A DNA stretch of 64,000 nucleotides from positions 19,207-83,206 of the forward strand of contig JAHQVM010000020.1 of assembly GCA_019634365.1 (NCBI GenBank), written 5' to 3'. The notes under the pieces are model-generated. The model made no database searches, was not told the origin of the DNA, and saw only the letters and a list, made by a program, of their open reading frames with translations. The position numbers and the translations under genes were made by a program. This DNA is from Flavobacteriaceae bacterium (GTDB lineage Bacteria > Bacteroidota > Bacteroidia > Flavobacteriales > Flavobacteriaceae). The stretch's first letter is position 1. Every line of letters starts with the position of its first letter. This document shows, one piece after another, positions 19,461 through 29,746 of this stretch.

Positions 19461-21674
19461 TTAGTCCCTAATTTCTAAAAGTCCTGCTTTGGGTTTCCCC
19501 AAAGATTCCCTGATAAATTGGGTCATTTTGTTATACAAATGAAGTCGCGTGTAACCACCGTAGATCCCATGGTTCTTATCCGGATACATCAACCAGTCGA
19601 AGTCTTTGTTGGCCTGCACCAACGCTTCCACCAAACGCATAGAATTCTGAACGTGTACATTATCATCGGCCGTACCATGCACCAAAAGGAAATCCCCTTT
19701 TAGTTTATCCACATGGGTAATAGGTGAATTGTTATCATAACCGCTCGGATTCTCCTGAGGCGTCTGCATATAGCGTTCTGTATAAATGGTATCGTAAAAA
19801 CGCCAGCTACCTACGGGTGCCACGGCAATGGCCATAGCGAAGGTATCTGCCCCTTGAAATAAACAATTACTGGACATAAATCCGCCGTAACTCCATCCCC
19901 AGATTCCAATTCTATCTGCATCTATATAGGGGCGCTTCCCTAATTCCTGAGCCACGGCTATTTGATCTTCCACTTCATATTTCCCTAACTCCTTTTGGGT
20001 CATCTTTTTAAAATCACGGCCTTTTAAGCCCGTTCCCCTACCATCTACACAGGCAATGATGTAACCTTCCTGGGCCAGCATCTGGTGCCAATAGTCATTG
20101 GAACCGCCCCAACGATTGGAAACACTCTGCGAACCAGGCCCTGAGTATTGATACATGAACAAAGGATACTTTTTGTTGGGATCGAAATCCTTTGGCTTGA
20201 TCATATACATATTGAGATCTTCACCATTGATGTTGATCGTGGAAAATTCTTTTTTCGAAGTTTTATATCCGCTTACTTTAGCCTTAAGGGCGGCGTTGTT
20301 CTTAATCTCACGAACTTCATCACCAGAAAGTGCTTCGCGCAATGAGAACACATAGGGAGTTTCAGTATCTGAAAAAGTGTTGATGAAGTAGGTATAATCG
20401 GCACTAAAAGCAGCACTATTATTTCCTGTTTGTTCGGTAAGGCGTACTTTATTTTTCCCTGTACTCGTTATGGAATATACATCCCTATTGATGCTTCCGT
20501 TTTCGGTACTCTGATAGTATATACGCCCTGTTTTGGGATCGAATCCATAGTAACGGGTAACTTCCCAATCCCCTTTGGTAATCTGATTGATTAATTTACC
20601 CTTCTTGCTGTAATGATAAATGTGGTTCCAACCATCCTTTTCGCTTGTCCAGATAAAGCTATTGTCATTGAGGAAGGTAAGGTCATCGGTTACATCTACA
20701 TAAGCATCGTCTTTCTCTTGATGAATAAGCTCGGCCTTACCCGACTGCGCATCCACGAACACCAAATCCAAAATATTCTGATGGCGATTGGTTAACTGCA
20801 CGCTCAAAACATCATTGTCGTTGGTCCATTTAATCCGCGGAATGTAATAGCTGTTAAATGAAGACACATCTACTTTGGACGATTTCCCAGCATTCACATC
20901 GTATAGGTGAAGCGAAACGTCTGCATTCACCTCTCCTGCCTTGGGGTATTTGAATACCGTCTGGGTTTGATAAAGATCATCTCCATAAACATCCATAGAG
21001 AACTCGGGCACCTTGGTTTCATCAAACCGAATATAAGCGATATGGGTTCCATCCTTACTCCAATCGAATGCCCTAACAAAAGCAAATTCCTCTTCATACA
21101 CCCAATCGGTAATCCCATTGATAATTTTGTTCTTTACTCCATCTGTGGTGACTTGCGTCACTTTACCGCTGGCCAAATCCTTGATATAGATATTGTTATT
21201 GAAACCGTAGGCCACTTTGGTACCATCCCCATTAAATGTGGGTTCCTGAACCTTGTCGTCTGACAGCAGGGTAACCGATTTCGATTTCACATCGTACACG
21301 TAGTAGGTCCCCAATGCCGACCTACGAAACACTTGTTTCAATTGTGTGGCCAGAAGGATTTTCGACTCATCACTACTGAATTCGTACGAAATGAAGCGAC
21401 TGATATCCTTTAAATCTTCACTGTTCAGTAATGTTTTTACTTTTTGCCCGCTTTTGTAATCGTATACATCGATAGCTGATGTTCCCTTAGTCCGGTTAAA
21501 ATTCAATACTGAATATTCTTTTCCGTTATTCAACGAACGCAATACATCCATACGTTCTGTACGAAATTCACCGCCCCATATCTCTTCAAGTGTAATATTC
21601 TTTTCTTGTGCTGTAAGAGTAGAAGTAAGTGTTGCTAGAAATGCAACTACAGCAAGTGAAAGTACCTTTTTCAA
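19461..21674 (-). CDS. Dipeptidyl peptidase IV (S9B)
   Basis: DWVYEEE, YPKAG, GWSYGG nucleophile, HGTADDNVH and His motif (KNHG); TTG start plus signal peptide. Confidence 0.94.
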   Translation of the reverse strand: MKKVLSLAVVAFLATLTSTLTAQEKNITLEEIWGGEFRTERMDVLRSLNNGKEYSVLNFNRTKGTSAIDVYDYKSGQKVKTLLNSEDLKDISRFISYEFSSDESKILLATQLKQVFRRSALGTYYVYDVKSKSVTLLSDDKVQEPTFNGDGTKVAYGFNNNIYIKDLASGKVTQVTTDGVKNKIINGITDWVYEEEFAFVRAFDWSKDGTHIAYIRFDETKVPEFSMDVYGDDLYQTQTVFKYPKAGEVNADVSLHLYDVNAGKSSKVDVSSFNSYYIPRIKWTNDNDVLSVQLTNRHQNILDLVFVDAQSGKAELIHQEKDDAYVDVTDDLTFLNDNSFIWTSEKDGWNHIYHYSKKGKLINQITKGDWEVTRYYGFDPKTGRIYYQSTENGSINRDVYSITSTGKNKVRLTEQTGNNSAAFSADYTYFINTFSDTETPYVFSLREALSGDEVREIKNNAALKAKVSGYKTSKKEFSTININGEDLNMYMIKPKDFDPNKKYPLFMYQYSGPGSQSVSNRWGGSNDYWHQMLAQEGYIIACVDGRGTGLKGRDFKKMTQKELGKYEVEDQIAVAQELGKRPYIDADRIGIWGWSYGGFMSSNCLFQGADTFAMAIAVAPVGSWRFYDTIYTERYMQTPQENPSGYDNNSPITHVDKLKGDFLLVHGTADDNVHVQNSMRLVEALVQANKDFDWLMYPDKNHGIYGGYTRLHLYNKMTQFIRESLGKPKAGLLEIRD

Positions 21675-21837
21675 ATTGTTAAAATTTTGTTACGCCAATT
21701 TTACTAAAATTTCCTGAAAATTCCCTTGTTTTTTGTGTTAAATACAGCTTGATTCACTTCAAAAAAGGCCTAAAACACGAACATTTCAACAGGTCTGATA
21801 TCCTAGGCGTTCCATTCTGAAGTGAAGATTTTAACAC

Positions 21838-21845
21838 TATCTTTG
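21838..21845 (+). promoter_or_regulatory. -7 promoter box for mvaA
   Basis: TATCTTTG about 20 nt upstream of the ATG. Confidence 0.55.
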
Positions 21846-21864
21846 CCATCAAAATAAAAACGCA

Positions 21865-23184
21865 ATGGCCAACCCGGTTTCAGGATTTTCAAAAAAAACC
21901 AAAGAAGAAAAAATTGCATGGCTTGCCTCCCATTATCTGTACGATGATCCCGAGGCCGTTTCCGTATTAAAAAACTATTGGAATGCAGATCCCCAACTCC
22001 AAAGGCTGCATGATGACTTTATTGAAAACACCTTAACCAATTATTACCTGCCATTTGGCATTGCTCCTAACTTTTTAATTAATGAAAGGCTTTATGCCCT
22101 GCCCATGGTGATCGAAGAAAGTTCTGTGGTTGCTGCGGCAAGTAATGCGGCCAAGTTTTGGTTGGACAAAGGCGGATTTAAAACCGAAATCCTGGGAACA
22201 CAAAAAAATGGACAGGTATACGTAAACTACTTTGGAAAAAAGGCAAACCTGTTGGCGTATTTTGAAGAGGTCCTACCTTCATTGAAGGCGAGCATTGGTG
22301 ATATTGAGAAAAATATGAAGAAGCGGGGTGGCGGACTTGTGGATATTGTCCTTAAAGACAGTACCCATTCTTTAGATGGCTTCTACCAACTGCACTGTAC
22401 CTTTGAAACCTTGGATGCTATGGGTGCTAATTTTATAAACAGTTGCCTCGAAACCATAGCAAAGACCTTTGAAGATGGAACCGTGAGATCGCAGCACTTT
22501 AAAGAGGCTGAAGAGTACCCCGAAGTGGTCATGAGCATTCTCTCCAATTACGTTCCAGAATGTACCGTTCGGGCCGAAGTGAGTTGTGCAGTCATGGACT
22601 TGAATCCCGACCCGGAAAAAGCAGGGGAATTTGCCCAACGCTTCGTTCGTGCCGTTCAAATTGCGCAGAATGAAACCCGAAGGGCCGTAACACACAATAA
22701 AGGAATTATGAATGGCATAGATGCCGTAATTCTTGCAACGGGTAATGACTTTAGGGCCGTTGAAGCAGGAATTCATGCCTATGCCGCAAAAGATGGACAC
22801 TACCGCAGTCTTACCTACGCTTCGGCAGACAACAATATCTTTCGATTTGGTATTGAGATTCCTCTGGCCTTAGGAACTGTAGGTGGACTCACATCCTTGC
22901 ATCCAATGGTGAAATTGGCGTTTCAAATCCTTCAGAAACCCAATGCCAAGGAATTGATGCAAATCGTGGCTGTGGCAGGATTGGCACAGAATTTTGCAGC
23001 TTTGCGATCCTTAGTAACCACAGGGATACAGAAAGGACATATGAAAATGCACCTAATGAATATCCTCAACCAATTGGAGGCCAATTCACAGGAAAAAGAG
23101 AAAACCGCAGATCACTTTAAAGAACGTACCGTTACCCATACGGCTGTAGTCGAATTCATTGAAACCCTACGCTCTCAATCGTGA
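21865..23184 (+). CDS. mvaA: Class II HMG-CoA reductase
   Basis: EESSVVAA, DAMGAN, THNKGIMNG, TGNDFRA, GLAQN and GHMKMH motifs. Confidence 0.93.
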   Translation: MANPVSGFSKKTKEEKIAWLASHYLYDDPEAVSVLKNYWNADPQLQRLHDDFIENTLTNYYLPFGIAPNFLINERLYALPMVIEESSVVAAASNAAKFWLDKGGFKTEILGTQKNGQVYVNYFGKKANLLAYFEEVLPSLKASIGDIEKNMKKRGGGLVDIVLKDSTHSLDGFYQLHCTFETLDAMGANFINSCLETIAKTFEDGTVRSQHFKEAEEYPEVVMSILSNYVPECTVRAEVSCAVMDLNPDPEKAGEFAQRFVRAVQIAQNETRRAVTHNKGIMNGIDAVILATGNDFRAVEAGIHAYAAKDGHYRSLTYASADNNIFRFGIEIPLALGTVGGLTSLHPMVKLAFQILQKPNAKELMQIVAVAGLAQNFAALRSLVTTGIQKGHMKMHLMNILNQLEANSQEKEKTADHFKERTVTHTAVVEFIETLRSQS

Positions 23185-24089
23185 TCCAGTCCTTCCATAG
23201 TCCAGGCAAATTACTCCTCACCGGCGAATATGTTGTGTTAGATGGTGCCAAGGCACTAGCCATTCCAACGCGCTACGGACAATCCATGGAAGTTGTTCCT
23301 ACATCGGATAAAAACATTATTTGGAATAGTATAGATCATCTAGGGAATACTTGGTTTGAAGAAGTATTTTCCAAGGATGATTTGATTTATAAAAGCAACG
23401 CCAACACCTTTTCCGATACCCTTGGTGACATCCTAAAAACAGCCAAGGATCTTAACCCTAAATTTTTGAAAACAGCAACAGGGTTTGAAGTGACGACACG
23501 ATTGGATTTCCCAAGGGATTGGGGATTGGGGACCTCTTCCACGTTAATCCACAATATCGCACAATGGGCTCAAGTAGATGCACACACCCTTTTACAGCAA
23601 AGCTTTGGAGGTAGCGGTTATGATGTGGCCATCGCCAAAGCCAATGCACCTATTCTTTACCAATTGGAAAGTGAAGTACCTGTGGTTACCGTGTTGGATA
23701 TTCCATGGAATTTCACATCATCTTTGTTCTTTATCCACCTGAACCAAAAACAGGATAGCAAGGAAGGGATTCGCCAGTACAGGAAGTCCATGGAAAAGGA
23801 TAAAACGGCCATTGAGAAAATTTCAGAAATTACCCGGAAGGTTTCGCAATGCACCTCCCTTTCGGAATTTTCGGAATTACTGGAACTTCACGAAAGACTT
23901 ATTTCGGAAATAGTAGGACTTCCCACCATCAAAAACGCTCTTTTCAAGGATTTTAAGGGCACTATTAAGAGCCTAGGTGCTTGGGGTGGGGATTTTATCC
24001 TTGTGGTGGCAGAAGAAGTAAACGACCTTGATTATTTTAAGGAAAAAGGATACACTACTATTATTCCCTTCGACAACATGATCGCATAA
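23181..24089 (+). CDS. GHMP kinase (GYDIA-type), probable mevalonate-pathway kinase
   Basis: PGKLLLTGEY, WGLGTSS, GSGYDVA and KSLGAWGGDF motifs; GTGA overlap with mvaA. Confidence 0.85.
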   Translation: MIQSFHSPGKLLLTGEYVVLDGAKALAIPTRYGQSMEVVPTSDKNIIWNSIDHLGNTWFEEVFSKDDLIYKSNANTFSDTLGDILKTAKDLNPKFLKTATGFEVTTRLDFPRDWGLGTSSTLIHNIAQWAQVDAHTLLQQSFGGSGYDVAIAKANAPILYQLESEVPVVTVLDIPWNFTSSLFFIHLNQKQDSKEGIRQYRKSMEKDKTAIEKISEITRKVSQCTSLSEFSELLELHERLISEIVGLPTIKNALFKDFKGTIKSLGAWGGDFILVVAEEVNDLDYFKEKGYTTIIPFDNMIA

Positions 24090-24120
24090 AAAAACCCTTG
24101 ATTAATTTCAAGGGTTTTTT
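24088..24120. terminator. Bidirectional intrinsic terminator
   Basis: AAAAAACCCTTGA-TTAATT-TCAAGGGTTTTTT between convergent genes. Confidence 0.85.
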
Positions 24121-24138
24121 ATTAGCCATTCGTAATTC

Positions 24139-26223
24139 TTAATAGAATTTAGCTCTATTGTCTTCTATATCGGCTGCACTTTTAAGTGCTTCGAATATTC
24201 TATTGTTTATAGCACCAGATGCCCTTGCATTCAACTGATTGGCAAAAGAGGCATAATTTTCAAGATCCGGAGCCTTGTTCAATGCCAACACACGAACCAT
24301 GTATACACCGTATTCCCCGTCGATAAGACCCGTTGTCTCTCCAGCAGCCTTACCAAATGCGGCTCCTACGACAGCAGGCTCAGTTCCCGCACCAGCAATA
24401 GTTGGATTAGAACGTGTTAAGGCATTCGCAGTTTTTACAGATTCACCTTGACTGGAAGCTACTTCTTGAACGGTGCTTCCGGTAATACCTTGACGAATTT
24501 GCTGTGCTTTCTTCTGGTTTCTAAGAATGGGGGTTACTTCGGCCGAAGCTTCAGCAACACTTTTCAATGCTTTCTCGGTACTCTTTCTGGTTAATTGTAC
24601 CACAACATAAGAATTGTTGATTTCGAAACGGCTCACATCACCTACTTCGCTCTCTTCGCCGAAAGCCCAGTTTATGATCCCTCTGTTATCTCCTATTCCA
24701 GGAATATTGGCATCTAATTCTCCAATTTTATTTACTGGATTGGCCGTCACCTCATTCTCCTCTGCCACAGCATTGAAATCTCCATTTCTTGCTGCATCCT
24801 CAAAGCGGGCTGCTTGGGAGAAGATATCACTCAAAGTTCTTTCACTTGGCTCAATAGCTTGAGTAACGGTCGCTACTTTTACTGCAGGTTGGAAGTTTTT
24901 CTGCCCAAGAATTTCGATTACATGGTATCCGAAACGAGTTTCTACTACTCCGATATCCCCTACTTTTCCTTCGAAAGAAAAATCACGGAAGGGAGCTACC
25001 ATTCGGCTAAATGGGAACCATTCGTATTTCCCACCATTTTCAATACTTCCAGCATCACCGGAAAACTGGGTTACCATATCCTCAAACTTCGACTTGTTCC
25101 CTTTAACCACAGTTAAAAGGCTGTCGGCTAGGATTCTGGCCTGATCCTGTGTTCTGGTTACACTATCGGTTCTGCTTAGTCCTATAGGCACCAAAATGTG
25201 TCTTGCCTCTACAGAGTCTGGCATTTGTCTTGTAGCAATAACTTTGGATAAGTTAAACGTGTTATCTACTTGATAAGGCCCGTAAATTTTTCCTTCTGGT
25301 ATGGAAAGAATGGTATCCTTAATCGCAGCAGGCAAATTGCTTTGCAATACCCAGTTATCGTTGAACCCGATCTCTGAATTTTCATTCACATAAGCCGTTA
25401 CATCTTCTGCTCCATCGAAAGCAGCAATCCTTGCAGTAATATCTGTTCTGCTTGCTTCGATATCCTCACTAGAAGGCTCTTCATCAAATTTAACGTACTG
25501 AATATCCACCAATGGATCTACTTCGAATTGCTTCGCATTGTCTCTGATGTATTTTTCAATTTCGGCATTTGAGATGATGATGTCATCATCTGCTACTTTA
25601 GTATAAGGAATGTAAGCATACTCGATGTTCACCTTATCATTTTCGAAACGGTATTGTTGCTCCCCTTCAGATATTGTGGATGCCAATCCGCCGCGAACCA
25701 TGTTCATATAATTGTTCTGAAGGATTCCATCACGTGTGCTTTCAATAAAATCGTTCCAAGCTTGAAGCTGTTGTCTTGATGCAGCATCATTTCCTTGAAT
25801 ACTGGCAACATACTCGATCATTCTCGCTTCACTATACAATCCATTTTCGTCTTGAAAGGTAGGATTGTTGGCCAGCACCAATGCCAATTGTTGGTTGATC
25901 TCTTCTTGACTCACTGTCATTCCCAACGCTTCTGTTTGTTGCTCCATCAAAACGCTTCGCAACTCACGATCCCATACCATTTGTACGGCACGAGCCGTAT
26001 TGGAACTTGGCCCCAACTGTCTTTGTTGGTTTTCTACTTTGCCCATGAAGTCCTCTCTGGAAAGCTCTTTACCATTGATCACCGCCACTGTATTTTCGAA
26101 TTCACCGCCACCGCCACTGGTCTTACTATTGATGACTCCATCCAATACAAAGGCAAACAATGCCAATGCAATGATTATGATAAGGAATACACCTCTTTTT
26201 CGTATGCTGTTTAATATTGCCAT
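24139..26223 (-). CDS. PpiD/SurA-like membrane-anchored parvulin peptidyl-prolyl isomerase/chaperone
   Basis: N-terminal TM, SurA-N-like region, parvulin motifs ARHIL and ETRFGYHVIE. Confidence 0.88.
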   Translation of the reverse strand: MAILNSIRKRGVFLIIIIALALFAFVLDGVINSKTSGGGGEFENTVAVINGKELSREDFMGKVENQQRQLGPSSNTARAVQMVWDRELRSVLMEQQTEALGMTVSQEEINQQLALVLANNPTFQDENGLYSEARMIEYVASIQGNDAASRQQLQAWNDFIESTRDGILQNNYMNMVRGGLASTISEGEQQYRFENDKVNIEYAYIPYTKVADDDIIISNAEIEKYIRDNAKQFEVDPLVDIQYVKFDEEPSSEDIEASRTDITARIAAFDGAEDVTAYVNENSEIGFNDNWVLQSNLPAAIKDTILSIPEGKIYGPYQVDNTFNLSKVIATRQMPDSVEARHILVPIGLSRTDSVTRTQDQARILADSLLTVVKGNKSKFEDMVTQFSGDAGSIENGGKYEWFPFSRMVAPFRDFSFEGKVGDIGVVETRFGYHVIEILGQKNFQPAVKVATVTQAIEPSERTLSDIFSQAARFEDAARNGDFNAVAEENEVTANPVNKIGELDANIPGIGDNRGIINWAFGEESEVGDVSRFEINNSYVVVQLTRKSTEKALKSVAEASAEVTPILRNQKKAQQIRQGITGSTVQEVASSQGESVKTANALTRSNPTIAGAGTEPAVVGAAFGKAAGETTGLIDGEYGVYMVRVLALNKAPDLENYASFANQLNARASGAINNRIFEALKSAADIEDNRAKFY

Positions 26224-26313
26224 TACTGTAGAAATTTAATAGTGGGCGAAAATACCATTTTCCCTTGATTTATAAAAAACTTAGCCTTAAAAAAACAGTG
26301 GATTTTACGAAAT

Positions 26314-27603
26314 TTATTCCTCGCTTTTCTTTCGCACTTCGACCAATTCTATTTTGGTACTGGAAACTTCCACAATCTGAATTGTAAAATCTTCAATTTC
26401 AAGGGTTTCATCCTGTTGCGGAATTTCCTCTGTGTAACTAACGATCATACCTCCTAACGTTTCGTAGGCATCGTCTTCGGGAAGATCTAATTTATAGGTT
26501 TCGTTGAGATAGTCGACTTCCAGTCGTGCCGAAAATTTGTAGTGGTTCTCGGCCAATTCGGTTTCAATAAGTGCCACAGAATCGTGCTCGTCTTCAATTT
26601 CCCCGAACAACTCCTCTATGATATCCTCTACAGTGATTATTCCAGAAGTTCCTCCATACTCATCGATTACCACGGCAATACTTTTCCGCTTTTTACTGAG
26701 AATATTAAGCACATCCTTGGCCAGCATGGTTTCTGGAACAAAAACCACGGGCATGAGTATTTTTTTGATTACCGATGGCTTCTTGAACAACTCGAAGGAA
26801 TGGACATACCCTAAAATGTCATCGATACTTTCATTATAGACCAGGATTTTGGAAAATCCTGTATCGGTAAACAATTTCTGAAGTTCTTTGGTAGTCGTGT
26901 GGATTTCAACAGCGATCACCTCTGTCCTCGGAATCATGACTTCCCGGGCCTTAACTTCGGAAAACTCCAATGCATTCTGAAAAATTTGGATTTCACTGTC
27001 AATCTCATCCTTTTGTTCAAGCGTTTCTATCTGTTCACTGATATAATTCCCCAATTCAACTTTACTGAAACTGAGCTGCACAGCATCGCCTTCAGTCTTA
27101 AAAAATACCTTCAACACCAAATCCGAGATCCAAATCACGAATTCCGAAATAATGGAAAAAAGCAAATAGAAGATATAGGCAGGAAAGGCAAAAACCTTCA
27201 CCAATGTATTGGCGTATATCTGAAAGAATACCTTAGGAAGGAATTCGGCCGTGAGTAAAATAATCAGGGTAGACACCACGGTTTGGGTTAAAAGGCTTAA
27301 TTCCCCCAGTGCATAATTCACCACCGAATATTCTGAGGGTAGATACGATTGAAACCAATCTACCAACAAATCTCCCATAAAAAGGCCATAGACCACCAGA
27401 GCAATGTTGTTCCCTACCAACATAGTAGCAATAAACTTGGAAGGCCTACGCGTAATTCGTTGTAGTATTAGGGCTAAAAAGTTGCGCTGCTTTTTTTCAA
27501 TCTCAATATGAATCTTATTGGCAGAAACATAGGCGATCTCCATACCAGAAAAAAAGGCAGAAAGTATAAGGGATAGGACAATAATCAGAATCTGAAATTC
27601 CAT
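26314..27603 (-). CDS. Hemolysin-family CNNM/CBS/CorC domain protein
   Basis: SAFFSGMEIA, AEFLPK, VMIPR, VIDEYGGTSG, EDIIEELFGEIEDE and YETLGG motifs. Confidence 0.9.
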   Translation of the reverse strand: MEFQILIIVLSLILSAFFSGMEIAYVSANKIHIEIEKKQRNFLALILQRITRRPSKFIATMLVGNNIALVVYGLFMGDLLVDWFQSYLPSEYSVVNYALGELSLLTQTVVSTLIILLTAEFLPKVFFQIYANTLVKVFAFPAYIFYLLFSIISEFVIWISDLVLKVFFKTEGDAVQLSFSKVELGNYISEQIETLEQKDEIDSEIQIFQNALEFSEVKAREVMIPRTEVIAVEIHTTTKELQKLFTDTGFSKILVYNESIDDILGYVHSFELFKKPSVIKKILMPVVFVPETMLAKDVLNILSKKRKSIAVVIDEYGGTSGIITVEDIIEELFGEIEDEHDSVALIETELAENHYKFSARLEVDYLNETYKLDLPEDDAYETLGGMIVSYTEEIPQQDETLEIEDFTIQIVEVSSTKIELVEVRKKSEE

Positions 27604-27804
27604 TTATTGGTCTTGGTTTCGCTTCTCCAATCGCTTTCGAAACCAACGCTTGAACAGGAACATGAATATAGCCACAATACCAAAAAAGCCAAACAAATAG
27701 GCCCGGCCCCGATCCGTCTCCCAATGGGTAATAACAATATAGGCTGCTGCTGCGGCCATTAGAATATATGCGTACTCGAAGAAGCGGTAAATGGATTTAC
27801 TCAT
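27604..27804 (-). CDS. Small 2-TM protein
   Basis: Two hydrophobic helices and a basic tail; coupled to lptC (8-bp overlap) and abuts the next gene. Confidence 0.75.
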   Translation of the reverse strand: MSKSIYRFFEYAYILMAAAAAYIVITHWETDRGRAYLFGFFGIVAIFMFLFKRWFRKRLEKRNQDQ

Positions 27805-28348
27805 TGGATTCTTGATTTTGGTCGATCATTTGGATGCCGTCGTTTTTACGGGATAAAAATATGGTAAAATCTTCATTTGCATCGAAACGGGCTCCATCGT
27901 TATAGGAACCATCTTCGAAGGTAATCCTGTAGGGTTTATCTGTAAATACCCACTTGTTGTTTTGATCCCAATACAACTGTTCTGCATTCAAAACGTTCCC
28001 ATCGGCCGTGACCAACACCACATTTTTGCGTAGATCTACAATTCCAGTAACAGGATAGCGTACGGCATACTCCGAGGTTACGATACTCTTTTCTCCGTTC
28101 TCAAAAAAGTTCACCTCCACACCATCGGGAAATTCCTGATAGCCAAAATCGAGATTATCGTAATTGAGCATTCTGGGTGTGTTCAAAGTAGAAACCACCT
28201 TACCAGAATCTGTGTATACCATTTTTATGCCTACGCCGTCGCCTGTGGGCAAATCGTCCTGCTGACTTAATTTCTGGACGTTCTTATAGTTTCCCTCACA
28301 AGAAAAAAACGTGATGGTTGCTAACACAACCACCACGTTTTTCATCAT
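27797..28348 (-). CDS. lptC: LPS export periplasmic protein LptC (Bacteroidota type)
   Basis: Lipobox FFSC; YTDSGKV, EFPDG and AEQLYWDQ beta-jellyroll pattern. Exact start uncertain (28366/28348/28345). Confidence 0.8.
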   Translation of the reverse strand: MMKNVVVVLATITFFSCEGNYKNVQKLSQQDDLPTGDGVGIKMVYTDSGKVVSTLNTPRMLNYDNLDFGYQEFPDGVEVNFFENGEKSIVTSEYAVRYPVTGIVDLRKNVVLVTADGNVLNAEQLYWDQNNKWVFTDKPYRITFEDGSYNDGARFDANEDFTIFLSRKNDGIQMIDQNQESNE

Positions 28349-28368
28349 ATATTTTATGGATAACATCC

Positions 28369-29727
28369 TTATAGACTAGGAACCCTAACGCTTCCTCCTA
28401 CCCAACAGCTAAAGCTAACTGTTTTTCCGGCCATTCCTTCGCTAAAGATATCACTCTTACTAGGAGCTCTTTGTCTATAACTGCTAGCAGCACTTCTAGC
28501 CGACCCAGCAATAGACGGATCTACTCGGGCAGCTTTATCTGCCATTTGAGCGGCTAACCAGTTAATGGCTCTCTTTTCGAACACACTGTTACCACAGTTG
28601 TTGGCACTCTTGGCGTACATACTTGCTATCTTTAAGTAAGCAGAACCAGCATTTGGTTTAATCTCCAACATGTTTCTGTAATATTTTCTAGCCTGTCCGT
28701 AGCTTCCTTTCTTTCTGTAGTTCTCTGCCAAGCTATAGTAGTACTTCACCTTTTGGTTAGGATCGGTCTCTAAATCGATAGCCTGCTCGTAGTAACTTTT
28801 GGCTTCTGAAGCTTTTCCATCTTTCTCAGCCAATCTACCCAAGTAGAATGCTGAAGAAGCAGAAGGCTGCAACGTATGCAGTTGCTGTACCATCTGGAAG
28901 AACATGGGAGTATCACAATCCCTGGAATTTAATTTACCAGCAGCACTTTTCAACCAGCTCACGTCATTTTTCTTTTCTTCCCAAAGTTTTTCATACAAGG
29001 GAACCAAGTTGCTACAATCGGCAATACTACCTAATTTGGTATCGATACTTCCTTTGATCTTACCGTAGCTTCCCAGATTAGTTTCATAACCCTTAACCCT
29101 TTTCGCCTCTTTCGAAGTTAAAGCCGTACCAGCCTCTTCTTTTTCGATCAAGGTTGACAACTTCCCAGCATATTTAACCTCTTCCTTACCAATCTTTTCC
29201 TGAACTACATCATATAGGTCAAACACCTCCTGAATATCTTTGCTACCATCTTCGTAAAGATCTTTAGCTAAAGAGAAATAGGTATACAAACTCTTAGGAC
29301 TTGTAAAGGTTTTCTCGTCTGTCTTATATGCCTTATCGAAAGCATTGAACAACTCCATCTTTTCACCAATACCATTATCGTATTTAATTTGGGCAATCTT
29401 AGCCATCTCCTTACCTACTTTGGTCTTAGCAGGATAATTCGTTTTCATAAGATTGTAGTTACTTTCATAATTGGCAATCTTGGATTTATCCCCTTTTTTG
29501 ATAAAGTGCTCAAACATTTTGGCACCGTACTGGTATGTCGCCAAACTGTAAGTTGGACATTCTTTAACCACTTTGTCATAATGCGGTAGGGCTGCATCGT
29601 AATTCTTGGCCTTGGCAGGCTCAATGAACAAGGAAGCAGTCACTACACATTCGTCCATTTGTGCCAGCATGTTACTGCTAAAAGTAAGCGTTAGAGCTGT
29701 TACTAATAAAATAACTTTCGTTTTCAT
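28369..29727 (-). CDS. Exported TPR-repeat protein
   Basis: Signal peptide from MKTKVIL; TPR-like helices (YYSLAENYRKKGSYGQARKYY); several Cys residues. Confidence 0.85.
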   Translation of the reverse strand: MKTKVILLVTALTLTFSSNMLAQMDECVVTASLFIEPAKAKNYDAALPHYDKVVKECPTYSLATYQYGAKMFEHFIKKGDKSKIANYESNYNLMKTNYPAKTKVGKEMAKIAQIKYDNGIGEKMELFNAFDKAYKTDEKTFTSPKSLYTYFSLAKDLYEDGSKDIQEVFDLYDVVQEKIGKEEVKYAGKLSTLIEKEEAGTALTSKEAKRVKGYETNLGSYGKIKGSIDTKLGSIADCSNLVPLYEKLWEEKKNDVSWLKSAAGKLNSRDCDTPMFFQMVQQLHTLQPSASSAFYLGRLAEKDGKASEAKSYYEQAIDLETDPNQKVKYYYSLAENYRKKGSYGQARKYYRNMLEIKPNAGSAYLKIASMYAKSANNCGNSVFEKRAINWLAAQMADKAARVDPSIAGSARSAASSYRQRAPSKSDIFSEGMAGKTVSFSCWVGGSVRVPSL

Positions 29728-29746
29728 TGTGTCAGTATTTTTGTAA

